Made by a program: the position numbers and the translations under genes. The notes below the pieces were generated by a model, which searched no databases, was not told the DNA's origin, and saw nothing but the letters and a program-made list of their open reading frames with translations. Shown here one piece after another: positions 55,315 to 64,000 of a DNA stretch of 64,000 nt (position 1 is the stretch's first letter; the number at the start of each line of letters is the position of its first letter). Source of the stretch: Octopus sinensis (Eukaryota); NCBI RefSeq assembly GCF_006345805.1, contig NC_042998.1, positions 117,180,001 through 117,244,000 of the forward strand, written 5' to 3'.

Positions 55315-55315
<1 letters not shown>
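53036..55315 (-). mobile_element. 5'-truncated Penelope-like element with inverted pLTR at its 5' end
   Basis: Minus-strand ORF 54962->54140: GLYRDDGL, VDFLDVNF, KDSNHPPVII, VLWFNPAF, CPLEGKCLVKGVVYRA..YTGASENSFKTR. Segment 54981-55315 (+) is the reverse complement of 54010-54141 plus 53105-53295. (TA)n lies on both flanks. Confidence 0.9.
55245..55282 (+). ncRNA. Type-I hammerhead ribozyme motif, intact core
   Basis: CTGT-CTGATGA-A-CG-GCAA-CG-A-GAAA-CTCAGAG-TA-ACAG; predicted cleavage after 55278. Stem I can extend via CAACAA/TTGTTG. Confidence 0.75.
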
Positions 55316-55355
<40 letters not shown>

Positions 55356-55356
<1 letters not shown>

Positions 55357-55701
55357 TCTTTTACTGTTTTACCTGTTTCAGTCATTTGACTGCAGCCATG
55401 CTGGAGCACCGCCTTTAGTCGAGAAAATCGACCCCGGGACTTATTCTTTGTAAGCCCAGTACTTATTCTATCGGTCTCTTTTGCCGAACCGCTAAGTGAC
55501 GGGGACGTAAACACACCAGCGTCGGTTGTCAAGCAATGCTAGTGGGACAAACACAGACACACAAACATATACACACACACTTATATATATATATATATAC
55601 ATATATACGACAGGCTTCTTTCTGTTTCCGTCTACCAAATCCATTCACAAGGCATTGGTCGGCCCTAGGCTATAGCAGATGACACTTGCCCAAGATGCCA
55701 C
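55356..55701 (-). mobile_element. SINE family B, 5'-truncated
   Basis: Well-preserved tail GCAGCCATGCTGGAGCACCGCCTTTAGTCGAG and body up to GACACTTGCCCAAG. Confidence 0.85.
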
Positions 55702-56030
55702 ATACATAAATATATATATGTAAATATAGAACAATAAGAATGAGGGCTTAACAAAGCATTGGTGGAAAAATGGTTTATTTGTGTATTATCGCTACCGTTG
55801 GTTTCAAGTCCAGGAATGCCTCAAAAATGTTCACACCCATCATATCGATACGTCGATGTTCGTGTCCAGTTTGGATTTTAAATTCCCAACGGAGACGAAC
55901 ACTAATAGTGTGATAGGTTCTCAAATTTTGAAAGTATTCCTTACCATAAAACCGATGCTAACTTAAAATACAAATAAAGTGTGTGTGCTTATATGTATAT
56001 ATATGTGTACATACATACATACACCCACCC

Positions 56031-56077
<47 letters not shown>

Positions 56078-56769
56078 AAAATTTGTTGTTGAAAATGAAC
56101 CAAAATTTGGAAAACTTGTAATTGTTTAAAATACATTTATTTACATATATACCAAACTAGTTTCAACAATATTTTGGTTTATCAATGGTAGAATTTGAAA
56201 TTATGAATTAGAAAACCATCTTTAACATTTTCAATCTTGTCAATTTCAATATATATATTGAAATACATGCGTATATGCGTCTGCCTGTGTCAATGTGTGT
56301 GACGATGTTTACAAATTTAAATATAAGCTTGTGATTGTAAATATATCTCTTCACAAATTCCTTTGTTTTAATTAGGAAATTAGACAAGTGTTTTACTCAC
56401 AATAAATGTATTAATTTTCATATTATTTCGTGTTAGTCTCTAGCGATATTGTCTAATGTATAGACATAAGTGTGAATTGTATAAACGGAACAACAGAGTA
56501 ATATTGATAACATATTTCATCTCGGAAGCTAATTAAAAATATTTATGAAACAAGGAATTAGTTAGCCCTAATGCGAAATAATATTAATCAGTTCTTCATA
56601 TACGAATGACATATTCAAACGTTCTTCAGTATCCTAACTTCTTGGGAACCCAAACACTTCACCGCATTTCGAAATATAGGAACAGAATCATTAGCTTCGT
56701 CCTCAAAAAATATATTTTCAGTTAAGCTTTGTATAATTTAGTTGATGTAGTCTTTTTTATTGCACGTTC

Positions 56770-57130
56770 ATCTTACTGTAATGGGCGTTATGTCTGTCTG
56801 TGCATCTGTCCGTCTGTCTGGCCCTTTATCTGTCTGCCTGCTCCCTTTACAGTCAAACGGCTGGACTTATGCTCATGATTTTTCTCGGGATTACGAAGGA
56901 GGTAATCAGGAAAGCTTTTAGCGAGAACAATATGAAAATGTATGATTATTGAATGGATTTTGAGTTTGCTTAAACAAATCGCCTTTGATTTTTGTTTGTT
57001 TGTCAAAAATCAGGTAATGAGGATTAACTCTGGATTCTTCCCCACCCTGTATAGTTCGGGAATTTAGAGGGTTTAGATTTGCGATTCTCTCCTTTTATTT
57101 CCTATCCATTCGCAACGAAAGCACATAGAA
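56770..57130 (+). mobile_element. Possible Helentron-associated (DINE-1/HINE-like) non-autonomous fragment
   Basis: A (GTCT/GTCC)n tract followed by AAACGGCTGGAC resembles DINE-1-type cores (from recall). Termini are not resolved. Confidence 0.3.
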
Positions 57131-57195
57131 AGTTTGTTTACATAAAGCAAATACGAACTAATATAGTTCTTAAATTTGACAGAATCAATGAGGCT

Positions 57196-57268
57196 AATGC
57201 GCTGGTGTAAAGGTAACACACTTAGTCACATTAACAAGGGGATGTGGGTTCAAGTCCCACGCGGATAG
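57196..57268 (+). pseudogene. tRNA-like sequence (pseudogene or solo SINE head)
   Basis: D-arm GTGT-AAAGGTA-ACAC and perfect T-arm GTGGG-TTCAAGT-CCCAC; acceptor stem 5/7 pairs; anticodon stem broken; T-run ~10 nt downstream. Confidence 0.5.
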
Positions 57269-59809
57269 AAGAGCCTTCTTTTTTCTGTCGAGGGCATGAA
57301 TACCCCTATATTAGACTATTTTCCTTTGTCCTTCCATGGTGATTGCCATGAGCTTTAAGCTGATATATATATATATATATTCAAAACAACAAGAATATAA
57401 TACTTACAACACCCTTGATGATAGATCTCTTAGTCAAGTCAATAAATGGAAGTATCAAACGACAAAAACCTTTGTTAATATCATAATGGGAACGACTATC
57501 AAAACGATAGTATCGCCTAAGCCGTTAAGAAACCTTGGCATGTTTTGTCGCGTGTCCTTAGACTGAAACTAGAAATTACTTGATTGTTTTTCGGCATGAA
57601 GATTCTTGAGTCGACACACACACAGTAATGATCGACTTCCTTACGATACGTCTCGTAGGTTTTCAGTCTTGAGATTTAGCTAGAATTCTATATGTTAAAT
57701 AAAACTTTTGAATTAAACTGTATATCTTCCAATTGCCTGAGTGAAAGTAAATGGAAATAGAAATGTGAGGAAATTCAGAATTAATAATGTCAATCATTTT
57801 TGTGACAAAATCTATGAATATCCTTGCATGACGGATTAGAATTAAACACTCGGGAAACATAAACGTGCGTGTCTGTGTATGTATGTGTGTGTTTGCGTGT
57901 GTGTTAGTGTTCTTGTTTATAAATGTGCATGATTGCTGAAAATATGGTCAAATTTGATAAATTTCATTGAAATTTTTTTCATATTTTCCCACGAGTACTG
58001 TACACTTTTCGACGTTTTAATTCACAAATCCACCAAGAATTTTCTAAGCATTCATAATCACGTATACAATATGAAGTCGTGTTGGCTTACGCGAAATCTT
58101 TCAGATAACATGCAAGGCCAAGACATGTATATGAATTTTTAGCCATTTCATTCCTACATCATTAAACGGATGATTATTTCGTTTTCTTGTTATTGAATTT
58201 TATTTGTATTGGTATATGTGTATTGTACAGCGATGTACGTTTGTTTTCATATTATGCTGTGTTATGCTTGAAACAAATATTTAATATTCTGTAATTTAGT
58301 ATGAAATATATGTGTGTTACTTTGTTATGCTCTCACATCATTTCGTGTGTATTACTGGTGACATGGAATCCAGTAAAATTTGTTGCATGGTCTATCGTCG
58401 TTGACTCAGCTGGTTCCACCACTAGGTTTGCTTGGTGGGGAAGTTTTCAAAAATCCCAGCAGAACTAAATACTAGGCATATCAAATCAGGTGTTAAATAG
58501 TATTTCGTTGCATTCTTGGAGGGATTTTATGTCTTTAAGGGACACTCACGCGAGTTTTATTTCACTTCTGAGACAGAACAGTAGTAGAAAAAACCCTATT
58601 ATTCACGATGTTGCAGCTAGCAGAAAAAGGACACTGACGGATATAGGATATAGATTGATTGCTATCGGTTGTTTGATACTCAAATGGTTATCTAGATGAC
58701 TAAGAAATAAAAGAAATGAAATATCACCAACGCTTGTCTTTAATAATGACGCACTCAAGACTGACAAAAGATAGAAGAATGTGTGTGAAGGCTTCGCTGT
58801 TGTGTGTTTGTAGAGAATAAATATATTGAAGTTTGGCCATAATTTCATCAGCTTAAATGGCTCTTACATGAGAAATATTTCTTTAGTTAACGATTTAGAA
58901 ATCCTTGGAGACTATTTAAAGCGCAAAATCTATTCTAAAACGGAAACTGAACCCGAATACTTGAAGCAAAGTGTAATTCACCAAAGTGTAATTCAAAAAC
59001 AGCGTGGGGCTACGAAATTATTTTAAGCCGAGAGATGGATTAAGAGTAGTATTTTATAAGAGGAATACAAAGTGTGATCTACTTCCACTCAATTTCTATC
59101 TCTTGACCTTCTCTTACAAATTTTTAGTTGTGATGTAGAGTTGAACGGAAAATCTTTGACGTGGATCGAAAGAATTAACCAAATAGCCATCACAGCATTA
59201 GTGATGTTATTCAAAAATAAACATTATTACTTGAAAATATCACCCGGTGTGTCATCCGTTATCAGTTTTCAATGCCTAGTTCAAAGCATTTGTCAATTTG
59301 TAAATGCAGTTAATGGATATTGAAAACACACGAATATCTCAAGGCATTATACGATCTTACACTTTAAGTATATGACCTTGTGCATAATCAAAAGAAATAT
59401 GAGTGCACGAAAGTTAAAGAATCTTCAGAACTATGATATCATATGGCCTATGTAAATAGATTCAGTATCGCAACGAACACAAATGTACATGCTCTAACAC
59501 ATGCAACTACGCACACAAGCATAGACACGCGTATGAAAACAGAAAAAGTTCAAATACATGGATGTACATAGAGATAAAAACACACTTGATACTAACACTT
59601 ATATTACGATATGCACAAATGCATGAGTGTACGTGTGTGTGAACGTGTGCAATATGCCCCGATTTCTTTGTATATATATGAATAATTACATACACGCACA
59701 TAAACGCACAAACTGATTAATTTATTTTCATATCATATATACGTGTCTCTATATGGCTATATGTTCTTTCTTGTCTTCTGTAGATTATGATCATCATCAT
59801 CAGCAGCAG

Positions 59810-59834
59810 CAGCATCAATGTATTATTATTATTA

Positions 59835-59908
<74 letters not shown>
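59810..59908. repeat. (TTA)n microsatellite
   Basis: Seen directly. Confidence 0.95.
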
Positions 59909-59911
<3 letters not shown>

Positions 59912-61337
59912 TAGTTTTATTTTTATAGCGTGCTTTCACTTCACTACCGAGCGCAGCTCTGTGTGCCTTGGGTATGTGCTGTGATTTGTTGTGATGCTCT
60001 GATGGTTATTGTATGGAAAGTGTTCTGCGTAGGATGTGTGCAGTGCCTAGTAGTGCAATTTTCTGTATGTTATATGTGTTTGTAAGTCCTGGTGTTTTTG
60101 TTATGTATTTGTCTGAATATTTTTTATCATGCCTAATGCACCTACTATGATAGGAATTGTTTCTGTTTTCAGATTCCACATTCTAGTTACCTCTATTTCC
60201 AGGTCTTTGTATTTTGAGAGTTTCTCCATTTCTTTTAGAGACACGTTGTCATCAGCCGGTATTGATACATCAATTAGAAAGCATTTTTTTCTTCATGGTC
60301 TCTGACAACTATATCTGGTCTGTTGGCATTAATTTCTCTATCTGTGTGTATCGGCATATCCCAGAGTATGGTTGCTTTCTCGTTTTCTGTGACCTTTTCT
60401 GGTGTGTGCCTACACCATCTTTTTTCTGTTGTTATTCCATAATGTTGGCATAGCTTCCAATGTATGTAGGTTCCAACTCTGTCATGTCTGTGAATGTATT
60501 CCTTCTTAGCCAGGACTGGGCAGCTAGAGATAATATGATTTATTGTTTCTTGTCCATCTCCACATATTCTGCAGTTACTTGTAATATTTCTTTTCATTAC
60601 ATGCTTATGGTAATTTCTGGTGGGGAGGCTTTGGTCTTGTGCTGCAATTAAAAATCCCTCTGTTTCTGCTTTGAGTCCTGAGCTTCTCAACCATTGCTGG
60701 GATTTTTCTTTGTCTATTTCTTTTGCGTTTAGCTTAGTCCAGTATTTACCATGAAGGGGCTTTTCTTGCCAACCTTTTTTATCATGGTTCTTTGCTGTTC
60801 TATTTTTAGTTTGGATTTCATTTGTTTTATAGCTTTTGTTGTTTCTTCATCTTCTTCTTCTTCATGTTTATTAGGTGGTATGATTTCTTGTTTGTATTTG
60901 TCAGCTTCCTTAAATACTGAGGACAGTTTTTTGTTTTGCTCGTGTTTTGCCGCTATCTGGATGAATTTTCCTTCCTTCTGAAGTAGATATTTTTGCAGTC
61001 CTATGGTGGTTATTTCATAGTAGTTTTCCAGCTGTATAAGGCCTCTACCACCTTCTATACGTTGTATATATAGTCTTTCTATGTCAGATTTTGGGTGATG
61101 CATCCTAGATCCTGTCATTATTTTTCTTCTTTTCCTATCTATTTTGGTCAGTTAATTTCGTGTCCAGTTAAGGATATTGTAGCTGTAACTTATAACTGGG
61201 ACAGCTAAAGTGTTGATACCTATTATCTTGTTTTTAGCATTGAGCTCTGTGTTTAGTATTGATCTAACTCGTCTATAATATTCTTTTTTTATTTTCTCTT
61301 TCATTTGTGTGTGTTGTGTCTTATCTAGTTCATGGAT
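59909..61337 (-). mobile_element. 5'-truncated R4/Dong-like non-LTR retrotransposon (RT C-terminus, CCHC finger, restriction-like endonuclease)
   Basis: NTELNAKNKIIGINTLAVPVISYS, HHPKSDIERLY..GGRGL, GLKAETEGFLIAAQDQ, CRICGDGQETINHIISSC, YIHRHD, ILWD..NRPDIVV and EKLSKYKDL. (TTA)n on both sides. Confidence 0.85.
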
Positions 61338-61360
61338 TATATTATTATTATTATTATTAA

Positions 61361-61411
<51 letters not shown>

Positions 61412-61458
61412 CATCATCATCATTATTATTATTATTATCATCATCATTATTATTATTA

Positions 61459-61504
<46 letters not shown>

Positions 61505-61532
61505 CATTATTATTATTATTATTATTATTATT
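61338..61532. repeat. (TTA)n/(TCA)n microsatellite
   Basis: Seen directly. Confidence 0.95.
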
Positions 61533-62062
61533 TTTGACCGAGAGAGCAGCACATGCCATCATAATGAAACGGGTAAAATATAAGAAGCCTAGTATACCCA
61601 TTAAGACTACCCGTCTGATAAGTGTACACCAGGCACATGCATCACAGTCATATGTGCGCGACATGATGATCTCATATCAAGGTTAACAGCGTAGATATTG
61701 TAGTTGGTGCACAGTTAGAATTTTCTTCAAGCCGAGTAGCCCACCCCGCACAAAAGGTCCCTGAATAAGGTTTGTTTAAAGATAGTGAACGAAACACCCA
61801 TGTTTCTAGAGGTGAATTATCCAAACTCCAAAGATTTCCTTTCAACACATGGCTATTATTCTCCCCTAATACCTCTGCTCGTGTTCAGACATGCACTTAT
61901 CGTCAGTCACAAAGGGACGTACTCAACTGGTAAAGGGGAAACAACTAACAACCAAATCTGTAGCATTGAGCAGAATATTTGCTGTAGCCCATCTTTTATA
62001 TCGAGACAAAACAATGTACCTGATAACACTTCCAATCATTTAAGATGAGAAGACATGAATGC
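61533..62062 (-). mobile_element. ~530 bp non-coding interspersed repeat flanked by (TTA)n
   Basis: GC-richer block with sharp borders at TTA tracts on both sides. It resembles a recurrent octopus repeat from recall, but no second copy occurs in the window. Strand is inferred from the AAAAAT(AAT)n end. Confidence 0.4.
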
Positions 62063-62084
62063 CATTATTATTATTACTTTTCTA

Positions 62085-62170
62085 CCACCAAGGTCGACTG
62101 TGCCTTTCATTCTTTCTGGGTCGATAAAATAAGTACCATTTGAGTTCTGTGTTCGAGTATTCGACTCATC
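62085..62170 (+). mobile_element. SINE family C fragment
   Basis: GGTCGACTGTGCCTTTCATTCTTTCTGGGTCGATAAAATAAGTACCA matches the 47860-47910 core. Confidence 0.65.
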
Positions 62171-62365
62171 TCCTTCACCGATGCTATCCGTTCTTTTCAG
62201 CCGTCTAATTTCCTGATTATTCTAGCCGTGCTAAGGAGTCAAGCATTTTGCAACAGTTCTACTGAACAATCTATTCCAATTACATTTATATTCCATTTGT
62301 ACTTTCTGATACTGTTCCCAAGGACCCAACAATAATTAGCACTATCTTCACCTACATCATCATTA

Positions 62366-62397
<32 letters not shown>

Positions 62398-62399
62398 TT

Positions 62400-62510
62400 T
62401 TTTTTCCCTTCTTTCTTCAAACTTCTTCCGTTTCTCGCTGAGTGTTTTCTATACACCTAGGGCAGAGAAGGGCATTGTATGCATTCCCAGATTACACGCG
62501 CAAATTCACA
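62400..62510 (-). mobile_element. Probable 3' terminus of another non-LTR element abutting (TTA)n
   Basis: Minus strand ...GAAAACACTCAGCGAGAAACGGAAGAAGTTTGAAGAAAG-A-rich-(AAT)n; non-coding. Confidence 0.3.
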
Positions 62511-62607
62511 GATAAAATATGTATTTAAAAATTAATAAATAAATAAATTCATGGATGGATGTTATTTTCACAGAGATAGTGCTCTTCTCAGTACATGAGC
62601 CGTTCCA

Positions 62608-62609
<2 letters not shown>

Positions 62610-62690
<81 letters not shown>
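62610..62690. repeat. (TTA)n microsatellite
   Basis: Seen directly. Confidence 0.95.
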
Positions 62691-62691
<1 letters not shown>

Positions 62692-64000
62692 TCTTCGTAG
62701 CACAGTTTAGGTAAAAATGCACCGGAGACTTTAGTAATCTGTCAAGTCCCAAGGACCTCAGGCACATAATATTTTCCTCAAGATGTGCCCTGTGCCCAAT
62801 AAAGCTGATTTCTGCAATCTTATATAGGATTTCCAATTGCTTTAATAAGTTTTGAAGTTTCAATGGGATTAAGCCAAACGCTCCTTTCACTACTGGTATC
62901 ACTTTTGCATTACCCTCCTGCATTCCATACAATCTTGCCATTTCTACTTTCAATTCGGAGTACTTGGTGATTTTTTTCAACCTCTTTACTCAAAATATTC
63001 ATGTCATTTGCTATGGCTATATCAGTGATGTGAAAACATTTGTCTCTCTTCTTCAATATGACAATGTCCGGTCGACGGTGTTCAATCACACATCCTCCTG
63101 CATAACTTTACTTGGTACATTCTCATACAAGTTCTCCATTACTTCATATTTGTATTTACAACATAAGAACCAATGAAGATGCACACACACTTTATCGTGG
63201 AGGTGCTTGTATTCTTTTTGTGCAAGGTTCTCTGAATTGTTAGCGAGAGCCTGGTCTTTTGCAGCCATCATCAGGCTTTCGGTGGTATGCTTCAAATCAC
63301 CTCACTGAACCCATGCTCACGATGATGTATTATCCTTAATGTACTGTGTATTCTTTTCAAACTGTCCATGCATTCTCATTTCAAGTTTCTCTTCTCCTCA
63401 GCTCTTTGGTTAAACTCTTCATTACCCATCGTTTCATTTGCATTTACACTCATATCTTTCATTACTATTTATCAAATAATCGGCAAGCTTTCTCTTTTTA
63501 TTCCTTATACAATGGTCTACACTAATTAGTCCTCTGCCAACATTGTTTCTTTCCTTATAGAGCCTGTTTACGTTTGGTTTAGGGTGTAGCGCCCCATGCA
63601 ACGTCATCAACTTTCTCCTCCTTGTATTCAGTGTTGATATTTCATCCGTAGTCCACTTGGACGTACTATATCTGACCACCGCACCTGTGCGGATATTCAT
63701 TGCAGTAATCAAATTTTTGGCATTCCGGTTGGATTTGAATACCATCTTCACCCTTTTTTGATACGCCTCGCTTAAGACATTGACTTACATTTCTCTGTGT
63801 AGAACGTCATCCAGCTCTACCTAACATCTATACCCACTACAGACGGGTTCATCCATGCTCTCTACTGATGGTAGCCGTATTCCTCTGCATGTTGCTTTCT
63901 TACCAGTTTTCATATTAAATACAGAGCATCTGGTAATCCCAAATTCTATATCGATGTCCCTACCACACTTCTGGACTATTTTGGTTAAGGAATCTATATG
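62691..64000 (-). mobile_element. Older R4/Dong-like non-LTR retrotransposon (runs off the window end)
   Basis: DIDIEFGITRCSVFNMKTGK, KSNRNAKNLITAMN, LHPKPNVNRLY..GRGLISV, TESLMMAAKDQAL, YKHLHDKV and KYSELKVEMARLYG..VIPVVKGAFG. The 3' end abuts (TTA)n. Confidence 0.8.

Noticed and set aside
61152-61686. Poly-Asn/poly-Leu/poly-Ile ORFs
   Set aside because: Read-through of (TTA)n into the truncated R4-like element.

Overview
AT-rich, repeat-dominated eukaryotic genomic DNA. It is most likely from an octopus or another cephalopod; this is inferred from recall of the abundant SINE families and the very high (TA)n/(CA)n/(TTA)n density, and no database search was possible. No host protein-coding gene is recognisable, and almost all ORF-track calls are microsatellite or transposon read-throughs. 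The window holds decayed Tc1/mariner and hAT transposase remnants, two CR1-like LINEs, RTE-like 3' ends, at least three tRNA-derived SINE families, at least seven Penelope-like (PLE) fragments and two R4/Dong-like non-LTR elements. Main points of interest: (1) minimal type-I hammerhead ribozyme motifs in PLE terminal repeats, one with an intact core at 55245-55282; (2) a PLE family forming outward-facing inverted pseudo-LTR pairs inside (TA)n, including an ORF-less ~620 bp palindromic derivative; (3) a (TTA)n 'landing pad' at 59.8-64 kb with several co-oriented 3' ends; (4) a ~918 bp near-identical tandem duplication and a ~1.9 kb extremely AT-rich island, either of which may be an assembly or basecalling artefact.
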